Below are positions 18,494-29,095 of a stretch of DNA of 64,000 bases, piece after piece. The notes beneath the pieces are model-generated. The model was not told where the DNA came from. It did not search any database and saw nothing but the letters and a program-made list of their open reading frames with translations. The stretch is from a bacterium (lineage in GTDB: Bacteria > Bacteroidota > Ignavibacteria > UBA10030): contig JAZDJN010000012.1 of the NCBI GenBank assembly GCA_043803945.1, positions 1 through 64,000 on the forward strand, read 5' to 3'. Positions within the stretch are counted from its first letter, which is position 1. The number at the start of each line of letters is the position of its first letter. Both the position numbers and the translations under genes were made by a program.

Positions 18494-20251
18494 ATGAAAA
18501 TTGTAACCATCGGATTGGGAACATGCGGTATTTCAGCGGGCGGCGAAAAAGTCTATAAAGCATTTCAAGACGAGCTGAAGGAACGTCCCGATGCATTTCA
18601 ACTGAAGGAAACCGGCTGTATCGGCATGTGCTATCGAGAAGTGCTTGTTGAAATCGCTAACGGTAGTGGCAGTACCCGCCTCTATGGCGACGTTACGCCG
18701 GAACGGGTCGGCAAGATCATCGAGCAGGATGTCTTAAAGAATCAACCGATTGCCGAGTGGCTTGTGTCCGGTGACAACCGAGAAGCAGGATTCTTTGAAA
18801 ATCAGATCCGTATCGTTCTGCGGAACTGCGGTAAGATCGATCCCGGCTCCATCGAAGAGTACATTGCATGCGGCGGCTATGAGGCAATCAAGAAAGTGCT
18901 CACCTCGATGACGCCGGAACAGGTCATCAACGAAGTCACAACATCGGGTTTGCGCGGACGCGGCGGTGCCGGATTTCCCACCGGAACAAAATGGAAATTT
19001 ACACGCTCCGCACAAGGCACAAAAAAATATGTGATATGCAATGCCGATGAAGGCGATCCCGGAGCATTTATGGATCGGTCGGTACTCGAGAGCGATCCTC
19101 ATTCCGTACTCGAAGGTATGATCATCGCCGCCTTCGCCATCGGCGCATCGTACGGATACATCTATTGCCGTGCAGAATATCCCAAGGCGGTTACAAGATT
19201 AAACCAGGCCATTGGTCAGGCTCGGAAGAAAGGATTCCTTGGGCAGCAGATTCTTGGTACAGATTTTTCGTTTGATCTCAAGGTGAAAGAAGGCGCCGGT
19301 GCATTCGTCTGCGGTGAAGAAACCGCATTGATTGCCTCCATTGAGGGACGCCGCGGTATGCCCCGCTTCCGCCCCCCATTCCCCGCGAATTCCGGACTCT
19401 GGAAGAAACCGACCAACATCAACAATGTCGAAACATTCGCTAACGTACCATGGATTATCTTGAATGGAGGATCGGCATTCGCCGCGTATGGTACCGCCGA
19501 CAGTAAGGGAACAAAAGTGTTTGCCATGGCAGGCAAGGTAAAGCGAACAGGGCTTGTTGAAGTGCCCATGGGCATTTCCATCCAATCTCTCATCTTCGAT
19601 GTCTGCGGCGGTATCATCAACGATAAGAAATTTAAAGCAGTGCAGATGGGCGGCCCTTCCGGCGGATGCATTCCCGCTTCGATGAGCAGCACCTCGATCG
19701 ATTATCAGCAGATCAACAAGACCGGCGCCATCATGGGTTCAGGCGGACTCATCGTGATGGATGAGACCACGTGCATGGTGGATGTGGCGAAGTTCTTCCT
19801 CACCTTCACACAGGCAGAGTCATGCGGCAAGTGCACCTTTTGCCGCATCGGCACAAAACGGATGCTCGAGATTCTTGAACGCATCACCGAAGGCAAGGGA
19901 ACGATGCAGGATCTCGATAATCTCGCTGAGTTGAGCGAACAGATTCAGATCGCCTCACTCTGCGGCCTCGGCCAGACGGCACCGAATCCCGTTTTAACGA
20001 CCTTAAAATATTTCCGCGATGAATATGTCGCACACATCGAACAGAAAAAGTGCCCAGCCCATGTTTGCGCACCGCTGCTGACATTCACCATCAACGACAA
20101 ATGCCCTGGCTGCATGGTCTGCGCCCGTGCGTGCCCGACAACAGCGATTACCGGCGAGAAACGCAAGATCCATGTGATCGACCAGGACAAGTGTATCCAA
20201 TGCGGCAAATGTTTCACCGTCTGCCGCTTCGACGCAGTAGAGAAAGACTGA
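18494..20251 (+). CDS. nuoF: NuoF/HydB-like FMN/NADH subunit with N-terminal [2Fe-2S] and C-terminal 2x[4Fe-4S]
   Basis: GLRGRGGAGF, NADEGDPGA, CGEETAL, CGKCTFC, CPGCMVCARAC. Confidence 0.92.
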   Translation: MKIVTIGLGTCGISAGGEKVYKAFQDELKERPDAFQLKETGCIGMCYREVLVEIANGSGSTRLYGDVTPERVGKIIEQDVLKNQPIAEWLVSGDNREAGFFENQIRIVLRNCGKIDPGSIEEYIACGGYEAIKKVLTSMTPEQVINEVTTSGLRGRGGAGFPTGTKWKFTRSAQGTKKYVICNADEGDPGAFMDRSVLESDPHSVLEGMIIAAFAIGASYGYIYCRAEYPKAVTRLNQAIGQARKKGFLGQQILGTDFSFDLKVKEGAGAFVCGEETALIASIEGRRGMPRFRPPFPANSGLWKKPTNINNVETFANVPWIILNGGSAFAAYGTADSKGTKVFAMAGKVKRTGLVEVPMGISIQSLIFDVCGGIINDKKFKAVQMGGPSGGCIPASMSSTSIDYQQINKTGAIMGSGGLIVMDETTCMVDVAKFFLTFTQAESCGKCTFCRIGTKRMLEILERITEGKGTMQDLDNLAELSEQIQIASLCGLGQTAPNPVLTTLKYFRDEYVAHIEQKKCPAHVCAPLLTFTINDKCPGCMVCARACPTTAITGEKRKIHVIDQDKCIQCGKCFTVCRFDAVEKD

Positions 20252-20261
20252 GGATGACAGC

Positions 20262-23200
20262 ATGGTAACCCTAACCATAAATGGCAACACTGTTACGGCA
20301 TCACCTGACAGGACAATTCTTCAAGTCTGTCATGAACAGCAGATCGACACCATCCCCACACTTTGCTACGACGATAAGCTTCCTCCATTCGGCTCATGTT
20401 TTCTCTGTGTCATAGAACTCGAAGGGCAAAGCAGGCTTTTCCCCGCGTGCTCAACAAAAGTGACAGAGGGAATGAAAATTCAGACGCGCTCTGAAAAAGT
20501 TACACGAGCCCGGAAAACTTGCCTTGAACTTTTACTCTCCGACCATTATGCCGATTGCTTCGGTCCGTGCCGTTTGAACTGCCCCGCTGATGTCGATATT
20601 CAGGGTTACATGTCGCTCATTCACCTCGGAAAGTTCAAGGAAGCCGTTGCACTCATTAAGGAAAAGAACCCTCTCCCCTCTGTCTGCGGACGTGTTTGTA
20701 CGCGCAAATGTGAAGTGAACTGCCGGCGATCGATCGTTGATGAACCGGTGGGGATTGATTTTCTGAAACGGTACGCTGCCGATCAGGATATGATCGGAGA
20801 GATGTGGACTCCCGAGACGAAGCCAAGCAACGGCACTCGCGTTGCCATCATCGGCGGAGGACCTGCCGGACTGACTGCTGCATATTATCTTACTCTCGAG
20901 GGCTATGAACCGGAGATCTTTGAGGCGCTGCCGGAACTTGGTGGTATGCTGCGATATGGAATTCCGGAATACCGCTTGCCGAAAGAGGTGCTCGATAAAG
21001 AGATTAACTGGATTGCCGGACTCGGTGTTGATGTCCACACAAACAAAGCTCTTGGAAAAGATTTTACCATCGACGATCTCTTCAGCCAGGGATTCAAATC
21101 GGTGTTTATTGGATTGGGTGCACAGATTGGTAAACCGATGCAGGTGGAGAACGAAGATGTCGACGGCATTCTCAGCGGCGTTGAGTTTCTGAAACAGGTG
21201 GAGATGAAAACCAATCCTGCAATATCAGGACGGATTGTCGTAGTCGGCGGCGGTAACACGGCCATCGATGCTGCACGCACCTCGCTCCGCCTTGGTGCAA
21301 TAGAAGTCATTCTCCTCTACCGGCGGACGCGCCATGAGATGCCTGCGAATGAAATCGAGATCTTCGCAGCCGAGCAAGAGGGTGTGAAGATGCACTATCT
21401 TTCCGCACCAACGAAAGTCATTGCTGAAAACGGCAGAATGGTTTCATTGGAGTGTATTAAAATGGAACTTGGTGAACCGGATGCGAGCGGGCGGCGGCGT
21501 CCCGTGCCGATGAAAGATTCGGAACATATTCTCACATGCGATTGGGTCATCTCTGCCATCGGCCAGGAGGCAAACCTTGACGGAGTCGATGAGAAGATCA
21601 AAGTGACAAAGTGGAAAACCATCGACGCAAAATCGGGAACATTCAACACCACACGGCCCGGTGTCTTCGCCGGCGGCGACGTCGTGACCGGTCCTGCCGA
21701 TGCCATCGATGCAATTGCAGCCGGACGAAAAGCGGCGCTGGCCATCGACAAATACATTCAAACCGGCGTTATCGAACCGTTGACAGGAAGATTCGAGAGC
21801 AAGCGGGATAATTTTCATAAACTGACGGCGCAGGATATTCCTCCCGTTGAACAGATCGAGCGCCATCACCCTGAAGAAATACCCGTCATCGAGCGCATCC
21901 TCGGCTTTTCCGAAGTCGAAAAGGCTTATGATGATGATACAGCAAAGATTGAAGCACTGCGCTGTGCAGAATGCGGCTGCGATGTCGGTCTGGCATGCGC
22001 GTTACAGGATTATTGCACAGAGTATTGTGTCGACCAAAAACGATTCACCGGTGCATTCAATCGCTATAAGGTCGATACACGTCATCCCTTCGTTAAACTC
22101 GATTTGAACAAATGTATTCGCTGCGGGCGATGCGTGAACACCTGCGCTGAAATTTTAAATGTCGCCGCGCTCGGATTCGTGAACCGCGGCTTCCGCACCA
22201 TCGTGAAGCCGGCACTCGAGAAAGCATTACATGAAACCAACTGTGTCTCATGCGGAAATTGTATCGATGTTTGCCCCACCGGCGCTCTCGTAGAGAAATT
22301 GCCTTTCCGGCGACAGGGCCCATGGAAGATGGATTCGTTTTTCAATGTCTGTAACTACTGTTCAGTGGGATGCAACATCACCGTGATGGTGAAGACAACC
22401 GATCTTTTTTATGTCAATGGCGCCTCACCTGAGCTGGGGCCGAACCGCGGCGAGCTCTGTGTGAAAGGACGATTCGGATACGAGCATTACTTAGACGGCA
22501 CACGCTGGACAAAACCAATGGTGCGCAAAGAGGGGCGTCTCAAAGAAGCGTCGTGGGAAGAAGCTTTTTCTGCAATCAAAAAAGGATTGAACAAAGTAAT
22601 CGAGGATCACAACAGCGATCACATCCTCGTCGCTGCATCGCCGAAACTCACCAACGAAGAGCTCTACCTTGCGGGAAAATTCACCCGTGCGACACTCAAG
22701 ACCAATAATCTTACCTCCTTCTACCGCATGGTGAATGAAGCCGATTACCATGCCCTTGATGGCATGCTCGGTGCGACCGCCTCAACTGTCGGACTCAAGG
22801 AGATTGAGGAAGCAGACCTTTATATTATCCTTGGCGGCAATCCGACCATGGAGAATCCTGTTCTCGGCTGGCAAATCAAACGGCGAATGAAACAGGGCAC
22901 GCAGGCAATTGTCATTAATTCAGGCCAGATCGATTTAACGCAGTATGCTACGGTATGGGTAGATCCACGGCGCGGAACCGCAACGACAGTACTCAACGGA
23001 CTCATTGCTGAACTTGCACGCCGTAATGCACTCAATGAACAATTCATCAAGGATCGAACGGCCAACGCGCAGCAGGTTCTTCAATCGCTGACAAAGTATG
23101 ACATGAGCGAAGTAGCAGCGGTCACCGGCGTCTCCGTCCAGACACTTAATTCAATCGTCCATCTGCTGATAGATCCTACGAAAAAGATTGTGGCGTATTA

Positions 23201-23990
23201 CAACATGGAGAGCCGCATCGACAGAGCAGCAAACGACCTCAAAGCGCTGACGACCTTGATGATGCTCCTTGGAAAAGTCGGCGTGGACGGATCGGGTATT
23301 GCACTTATGACAGGCCAGAGCAATTCAACGGGAATGCGCCTGGCGGGATTCGACAACAAACTGCTTCCGGGCGGACTTCTGCTTGGGCATAAGGACCAGA
23401 CCGAGTCGGTCGGAAATGCATGGAAGGTTGATTTAGCTGCTCTTCTCGAAACATCGGGAACGAACATCGGCAGAAAGATTCGGGAAGATAAAATCAGGGC
23501 TGCGGTGATCGTTGGAGAAAATCCTTCTGTTTCACCGGAGTACCATCACTTTACAAACAATCTTGAATTCCTTGTCGTTGCCGATCTCTATTTGACTGAG
23601 ACGGCGCAGGCGGCAGATGTTTTCCTGCCTCTCTCCATAACGATGGAGACGGATGGCCACCTCACCAACTGGGCGGGGCTTGTACAGCAATCCAACCCGA
23701 TCGGCGAACCCCTCAACTCACTCCGGACAATTGATATTTTCAATAAGCTGGCGGAGACGATGAGCGGCGAGCCCGTTTGGTATGCTTACAAGGATGTGTT
23801 GACGGAGTATGAGTCGTTCTTGCCGCGCAACGGCACAAGCGGCCGGTTGAACGGAACATTTCTGACGGAAGATGGGAAAGCACATTTCATTCTCTATTCC
23901 GATCAGATTCAGTCCACGAGTGCGGAGGTTCCGGCGGTACTTGAGATCGATGCGAGAATGGCGAATCAGATGAAGCTGATTAGAGGGTAG
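20262..23990 (+). CDS. Fused NuoG-N / GltD(NfnB)-like FAD-NADPH / molybdopterin-oxidoreductase-like subunit (StnC type)
   Basis: [2Fe-2S] N-terminus, CGRVC, GGGPAGL, GGGNTAID, YRRTR, CIRCGRC, CNYCSVGC..LCVKG. Confidence 0.85.
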   Translation: MVTLTINGNTVTASPDRTILQVCHEQQIDTIPTLCYDDKLPPFGSCFLCVIELEGQSRLFPACSTKVTEGMKIQTRSEKVTRARKTCLELLLSDHYADCFGPCRLNCPADVDIQGYMSLIHLGKFKEAVALIKEKNPLPSVCGRVCTRKCEVNCRRSIVDEPVGIDFLKRYAADQDMIGEMWTPETKPSNGTRVAIIGGGPAGLTAAYYLTLEGYEPEIFEALPELGGMLRYGIPEYRLPKEVLDKEINWIAGLGVDVHTNKALGKDFTIDDLFSQGFKSVFIGLGAQIGKPMQVENEDVDGILSGVEFLKQVEMKTNPAISGRIVVVGGGNTAIDAARTSLRLGAIEVILLYRRTRHEMPANEIEIFAAEQEGVKMHYLSAPTKVIAENGRMVSLECIKMELGEPDASGRRRPVPMKDSEHILTCDWVISAIGQEANLDGVDEKIKVTKWKTIDAKSGTFNTTRPGVFAGGDVVTGPADAIDAIAAGRKAALAIDKYIQTGVIEPLTGRFESKRDNFHKLTAQDIPPVEQIERHHPEEIPVIERILGFSEVEKAYDDDTAKIEALRCAECGCDVGLACALQDYCTEYCVDQKRFTGAFNRYKVDTRHPFVKLDLNKCIRCGRCVNTCAEILNVAALGFVNRGFRTIVKPALEKALHETNCVSCGNCIDVCPTGALVEKLPFRRQGPWKMDSFFNVCNYCSVGCNITVMVKTTDLFYVNGASPELGPNRGELCVKGRFGYEHYLDGTRWTKPMVRKEGRLKEASWEEAFSAIKKGLNKVIEDHNSDHILVAASPKLTNEELYLAGKFTRATLKTNNLTSFYRMVNEADYHALDGMLGATASTVGLKEIEEADLYIILGGNPTMENPVLGWQIKRRMKQGTQAIVINSGQIDLTQYATVWVDPRRGTATTVLNGLIAELARRNALNEQFIKDRTANAQQVLQSLTKYDMSEVAAVTGVSVQTLNSIVHLLIDPTKKIVAYYNMESRIDRAANDLKALTTLMMLLGKVGVDGSGIALMTGQSNSTGMRLAGFDNKLLPGGLLLGHKDQTESVGNAWKVDLAALLETSGTNIGRKIREDKIRAAVIVGENPSVSPEYHHFTNNLEFLVVADLYLTETAQAADVFLPLSITMETDGHLTNWAGLVQQSNPIGEPLNSLRTIDIFNKLAETMSGEPVWYAYKDVLTEYESFLPRNGTSGRLNGTFLTEDGKAHFILYSDQIQSTSAEVPAVLEIDARMANQMKLIRG

Positions 23991-24420
23991 ATGTAATTTG
24001 CCTTCCAAAGCACTTTTGTTTTTCTCAAATCCTTTGGAAAGTTTTACTAACTGTTTCTTCTCTCGAATTCCTTGTTTTCTTAACAAGGAATAAGTACGTT
24101 TTTACCGGCAGGACAACCGTTAACAGCCGGTTCGCAAAAAGGCCATTGTACAGGGATGGTAATTGTTGTGCAACCCGACAACTTTTTACACCATTCTGTG
24201 ATTGAAACAAGTATCTCTGGAAGTAGGTAGCCCGTTTTTCGGGATGCCTCCCAAAGATATTTCCTGGAAGATGAAATCGTTATACAATTCAAACATTCTA
24301 TGATCAACATACGAATCATTATCCTAGAGCAGACCGTTTTTTCAACAATCATGCATGAGAATAATATTCCGAGGTTCTATAACATCATACTCTACCCAAC
24401 TATAACAAGGAAGATCCACT

Positions 24421-24780
24421 ATGAGTACACGCAAAAAAATATTGTTAGGGTGTATCACCATACTGCCTCTCATTCACATATTTGTTATTATTTCTCTTTT
24501 CATCGTGGCTTTCACATCAGCTTTTTTGCTCGACGGATTTCTCGACCTCGGATCATTCTTTCCAGGCTTCAAAGCCTTATTTGCACTTCATCTATGTGTT
24601 ATTCCCCTGATTATCGGATTGGAAATTTTTTACATCATCACTATTTTTCGAAACGACCGTCTTCAACAGAATGAGAAGTTCTTCTGGGCCATAGCGATCT
24701 TTGTGGGAACCATCATTGCAATGCCGATTTATTGGTATTTACATGTGTGGGCAGTACCAAAATCTAACCGGAAAACATAG
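24421..24780 (+). CDS. Small membrane protein
   Basis: Three hydrophobic segments; EKFFWAIAIF..MPIYW. Confidence 0.65.
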   Translation: MSTRKKILLGCITILPLIHIFVIISLFIVAFTSAFLLDGFLDLGSFFPGFKALFALHLCVIPLIIGLEIFYIITIFRNDRLQQNEKFFWAIAIFVGTIIAMPIYWYLHVWAVPKSNRKT

Positions 24781-24822
24781 CGGTGTCCCTATCCTGATCT
24801 GCAAAAGGTAAGCGATCTAACA

Positions 24823-24850
24823 TGTAGGTCGAGCAGCCTGCTCGACCTAC
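24823..24850. repeat. GTAG-type REP-like palindrome
   Basis: gtaggtcgagcagcctgctcgacctac. Confidence 0.65.
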
Positions 24851-24874
24851 AAAAGTCGAACTTCTTAACAATCC

Positions 24875-25963
24875 TCACCGAAACAAATCAATTTGATTGC
24901 TGCCTGGAGGCCGAAAGTGTTCGGTAGAGAGTGACCGCGTTTCCTCGTTGAGATGATACTTGCGAATTGAAGTTTCAAATACCTGTCTGATCATAGAAGC
25001 ATATTCTCCTTTGCCCGAAAGCCGTTTGCCGAACTCGGAGCAATTGAGCTTTCCTTCCCGGATATCTTTCAACTGTGAGAGAATCTTTGACAACTTTGAA
25101 GGCACTTCCCTTTTCAGCCAGTCTTGAAATATCTCCCTTACAGCATACGGCAACCGCAGAATAGAATACGATGCAAACCGTGCACCGCAGTCGGATGCCT
25201 GCTTGAGAATGGATGATAATTCTGAATCAGTCAGGCCAGGAATCATCGGTGCAGCATTTACTCCCACAGGAATGCCAGCCAGAGCGAGATGCTGAATTGT
25301 ATCAAGTCGTTTCTGCGGTGTCGACGTTCTGGGCTCCAGCTTCCTTGCCAGTCCCTCACGAAGTGTCGTTATAGAAATACCGACACTCACACAATTGAAC
25401 GACGCAAGCTCTTTAAAAATATCGAGATCACGCAAAACGAGAGCATTCTTTGTCGTGACCACCACCGGGTTGCGTGCCTTAAGAAAGACTTCAAGGCACC
25501 GCCGCGTTAACCGGAGCTTTCGTTCAATCGGCTGATAGCAATCGGTATTACCCGAGAGAGCAACCACCTGCGGTTTCCATGAACGCCTCCTAAACTCCCG
25601 TTCCAATAATTCCGCGACATCATATTTCACCATGATCTTCGTCTCAAAATCGAGGCCGGAAGAAAACCCGAGATATTCATGCGACGGGCGTGCATAGCAG
25701 TAGATGCAGCCATGCTCGCAACCCCGGTAAGGATTCACACTGTATGAATAAAAGATATCCGGACTGTCGTTGCTCGCCAATACGGTTTTGGAACGATCAG
25801 CGTAGAAGGTCGTGATTGGATTCCGCTCCGGTTCAGGATCCTGAAAATATTCCGAAAGTTCGGAGGGAGTTTCCCCACGACTTGTCTTCTCGAAACGATT
25901 AGGGGGATTGATATGAGCCGCACGGCCCAGATAGGCTTTTGTCTCTGCTATTGTGCACTTCAT
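24875..25963 (-). CDS. PA0069-family radical SAM protein (SplB-like, DNA-repair associated)
   Basis: NPPNRFE, NPYRGCEHGCIYCYARPSHEYLG, SGNTDCYQP. Confidence 0.9.
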   Translation of the reverse strand: MKCTIAETKAYLGRAAHINPPNRFEKTSRGETPSELSEYFQDPEPERNPITTFYADRSKTVLASNDSPDIFYSYSVNPYRGCEHGCIYCYARPSHEYLGFSSGLDFETKIMVKYDVAELLEREFRRRSWKPQVVALSGNTDCYQPIERKLRLTRRCLEVFLKARNPVVVTTKNALVLRDLDIFKELASFNCVSVGISITTLREGLARKLEPRTSTPQKRLDTIQHLALAGIPVGVNAAPMIPGLTDSELSSILKQASDCGARFASYSILRLPYAVREIFQDWLKREVPSKLSKILSQLKDIREGKLNCSEFGKRLSGKGEYASMIRQVFETSIRKYHLNEETRSLSTEHFRPPGSNQIDLFR

Positions 25964-26026
25964 TTTGATTTACTATAATGGCTAGTGATCATATCAAATG
26001 ATGCAGAAGCTTAGACAAAGGAGCCC

Positions 26027-26133
26027 AACCGCAAAGGACACTAAGAACGCAAAGAACAAAAAGAGAACAGACTAACAGAAATTAATAAACACTCGACAGA
26101 TTTTCCTTTGTATCCTTTGCGGACTTTGCAGTT
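26027..26133. repeat. Hairpin of 9-bp-period inverted arms
   Basis: aaccgcaaaggacactaagaacgcaaag ... ctttgtatcctttgcggactttgcagtt. Confidence 0.7.
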
Positions 26134-26178
26134 CGACTTTATTCTTTCCTTTTTAGCCGGAACTCTATAGATAATATT

Positions 26179-26447
26179 ATGTACTTCGATCTTACTTCAT
26201 TCAAACAAGTAGACGATTATCGTTTATTCGTGAGCTTTGAAAACGGGAAATCGGGCATTATTAATCTCGGAGATTTCATCCCACTCGGCGGTATGTTTTC
26301 CCGTCTCATCGTCTGGAATATTGTCAACAGGTTTTCATCCACAAAGAACTCGGCGTGCTTACGTGGCCCGATGGCCTCGATATCGCACCTGAAACTCTTT
26401 ACAGTACCGCAACCGGTGAACCTCTACCCAATTGGGTAATAGAATAA
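26179..26447 (+). pseudogene. DUF2442-family gene with a frameshift near 26305
   Basis: DYRLFVSFENG..GGMFSRL in one frame; GVLTWPDGLDIAPETLY continues in another frame to TAA at 26447. Confidence 0.75.
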
Positions 26448-26520
26448 TCCCCTCACGGTTACTTTTTGATATTTCCGTTGTCATTTTTCACTTTTCATCT
26501 TAATTTTTTTATTCCCACTC

Positions 26521-28857
26521 TCAAACTGAGTGCTTACTTTTAAACATTGTCAACTGTGCCTTTGGCACCGACCGGTAGAGTGGAATTTCCTTCACGGCCT
26601 GGCGCCCCCGCCTTCTCGCTCTCACTGCAATGTTGAGATACTCTTTCAGTTTCTCCACATCATATCCAAACGGCAAGAGGAGCGTCTCCGCTGCCCGCAG
26701 GGCAAACTCTGTGTACTGTTCAATATCGTACCCATCCTCAAATGCATAGAGCGCAAGCGGCTTGGCTTTCTCCGGCCTCTTCTTCCCTGACTGGTCGAGG
26801 ATAATAAACTCGATCGACTCGCCCGGCGAGAGCGGCACACCCATCTCCTTCACCATCTTCGAGACCACCGCACTGATGCTGTTGTTCGCGTACTCGTCGG
26901 CATCCTTGGTGATATGGCGCTTCATCACAAGGTCCATGGGATTGGCCTTGCCGCTGCGCAGCAGTGCAACGTAGTTCCTGAGCACCTCAAGCAGATCGGG
27001 CACCATGGCCTCAATACCGCCGATCGACCGTGCAACGGCCATGCGGTCCAGCATCGCCGCCTGTAAATTTTTGATGAACATGGGCGTATCACGCCGCCGC
27101 GCCTCGATGCCGCGCATCTTAATCTCACCGAAACGGTACCAGCCGACATAATGGTTCGCCGTCGAGATCAACGGATCGGTCTTCGACGAGGGAAAAAGAA
27201 TCCAGTTGTACATTCCCTCCAGCGAAATATCGATACCGACCTTCACACCAATCTCTTTACAGAGCCGTTCATAGTCTGCTTCCGTCGCTCCCGGTTTCTT
27301 CAGCCACATGCAGTCGATGATGGCGTGCAGCATCCGGTAGCCATGCGACTCGGCAATTTCTTTCGCCTTGAGAATGGAATCCCGTGAGACTGCGTTCACC
27401 GATTCGTGCGCCTCGATTCTTCCGAAGCGTGCATTCTTGTAGCCAAGGTAGCCGAAGCAGCTGACGAGCATCCATTTCAGAGCGTTCTGCCGCCGGTCGT
27501 ATTTCCTGAAGAGCGCTTCGTCTTTTCCCTTGTATTCCCGCTTTTTCTGTTTGTAGTACGCCCTTTTCTTCACCACCATGTCAAGCGTTGCCGGAACAAT
27601 GCCAGTGCGTTTCTCGCACACCGTGTAGTTCAGCTCCGGCACCTTCGTGTTGCGGCAGCACCGGCAGTTGATCGTCTCGGGTGAAATGTTGTGCTTGACC
27701 ATGATTGTCGGATACATCGAAACGAAATCGAGTTCAGCGACATCTTCGTGGTAGCCGGAGGGTGGATTGAAGATGAGTCCGCCCCGGTCTGCCAGCATCA
27801 ACGTTGCCGCCGATTTGAATTCCTCGGGCTCGCGTTTCTTCGAGGGAATCAAAATCCCATTCTTGTGTGCCCAGGAAAGCTGCAGCGAGGACATCGATGT
27901 GCCGATGCTCGCCCGCGCTTCCCGCTGGCCGCACATCTGTGTGAGCCGCGCCATCTCATAAAGTCCGTCGAGATCCGCTTCACCCATGGTGAAGGAGTTC
28001 TTCTCGTCCACATGCCAGCGGCCGGCAATCTCGAATGCTCCATCTTTATGGACGATCCGGCCGTACTGGAAGAAGCTCGATTCCTTTGTAGTTTTATAAC
28101 CCGCAGCAGCATCACGGTTCAGCAGCATCTGCATGTTACACTGCGATGCGAGTGCCGTGATATGCGGCAAAAGAATCGAGTCGCCATACTCGGTAAGAAT
28201 AATATCCGGGTCACAGCGGTGGAGGTGCCAGTTGAGTGTGTCGAGAACGTCGCGTGCTGATTCTTGCTCGAGCGCATAGGTGCGCCCGTCGTAACTAACT
28301 TCGAGTTGTAGCTGCCGCTGGTACTTCGGCGGAACGAAAGTATTTCCGTTGCGCAGCCACATGATCGAAAGCGGCGGCAGGGCATATTCGGTGGCTTCAC
28401 GTGAATCGTTGATCTGCCAGTTGCAGAGCCGGCCCGTTCCGTCAATTGCATACTCGCCGAACGCCAGCGGAAACAATTCGGTATCGTAGAGAAACAACTG
28501 GGGCACGAGGATATCGGAGTTGAAGAAGGCGAAATGGGGAAAGAATTTCTCGTAGTACCACACCACCTCCCTGAAGCGCGTAGGATCGTGCACGTTCACC
28601 TGCAGCACATCCCACATGTCACCCGAGAATATCTCCCGCCGGGTTGTTGGTGCGATACTCACCGGCACCGGACATTGTGTGCCCAACTGCAGCGCCCGGC
28701 GGCTGTCGCTCTTGTTCAGGTGAAGGAAGAACGACGGGACAAACGGATACCGGCAGCAGTGCTTGTTGCCGTCCTGATCGATCAGCCATACGGTGACGCC
28801 ATCACTGACAGCATAGACATCAAATAACCAACCGGATATTGTACGATTCAGAGTCAT
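26521..28857 (-). CDS. polB: Family B DNA polymerase, PolB2-like
   Basis: DRGG, LDFVSMYPTIM, KWMLVSCFGYLG, HAIIDC replacing YGDTDS, RGIEARRRDTP; exonuclease motifs degenerate. Confidence 0.9.
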   Translation of the reverse strand: MTLNRTISGWLFDVYAVSDGVTVWLIDQDGNKHCCRYPFVPSFFLHLNKSDSRRALQLGTQCPVPVSIAPTTRREIFSGDMWDVLQVNVHDPTRFREVVWYYEKFFPHFAFFNSDILVPQLFLYDTELFPLAFGEYAIDGTGRLCNWQINDSREATEYALPPLSIMWLRNGNTFVPPKYQRQLQLEVSYDGRTYALEQESARDVLDTLNWHLHRCDPDIILTEYGDSILLPHITALASQCNMQMLLNRDAAAGYKTTKESSFFQYGRIVHKDGAFEIAGRWHVDEKNSFTMGEADLDGLYEMARLTQMCGQREARASIGTSMSSLQLSWAHKNGILIPSKKREPEEFKSAATLMLADRGGLIFNPPSGYHEDVAELDFVSMYPTIMVKHNISPETINCRCCRNTKVPELNYTVCEKRTGIVPATLDMVVKKRAYYKQKKREYKGKDEALFRKYDRRQNALKWMLVSCFGYLGYKNARFGRIEAHESVNAVSRDSILKAKEIAESHGYRMLHAIIDCMWLKKPGATEADYERLCKEIGVKVGIDISLEGMYNWILFPSSKTDPLISTANHYVGWYRFGEIKMRGIEARRRDTPMFIKNLQAAMLDRMAVARSIGGIEAMVPDLLEVLRNYVALLRSGKANPMDLVMKRHITKDADEYANNSISAVVSKMVKEMGVPLSPGESIEFIILDQSGKKRPEKAKPLALYAFEDGYDIEQYTEFALRAAETLLLPFGYDVEKLKEYLNIAVRARRRGRQAVKEIPLYRSVPKAQLTMFKSKHSV

Positions 28858-28905
28858 GGGTGTTTTAAAAAGTTACACCAACGAGTCACGGATACTACAC
28901 TCGGT

Positions 28906-29060
28906 AAAAATATCAAACTGCAAAAATGAAATTGGAAAATGACAGAGCAAAATGTAAAAAAGGCGTGTAACCGTATTAACTCCGCGAAGTGAAATACACC
29001 GAAGCGAAGATGGTATTTAATTTTTCCATTGTCATTTTGCCTTTTACATTTTGCATTTTT
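28906..29060. repeat. Inverted 7-bp-period arms (AAAATGx / xCATTTT)
   Basis: gcaaaaatgaaattggaaaatgacagagcaaaatgtaaaa ... ttttccattgtcattttgccttttacattttgcattttt. Confidence 0.7.
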
Positions 29061-29095
29061 ATTTCTGCCGCAGGCCTTCCATTCGTTCCATCCGT

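Noticed and set aside
20262-23990. Selenocysteine formate dehydrogenase or [FeFe] hydrogenase
   Set aside because: No in-frame TGA, no Cys at the Mo-ligand position and no H-cluster motifs
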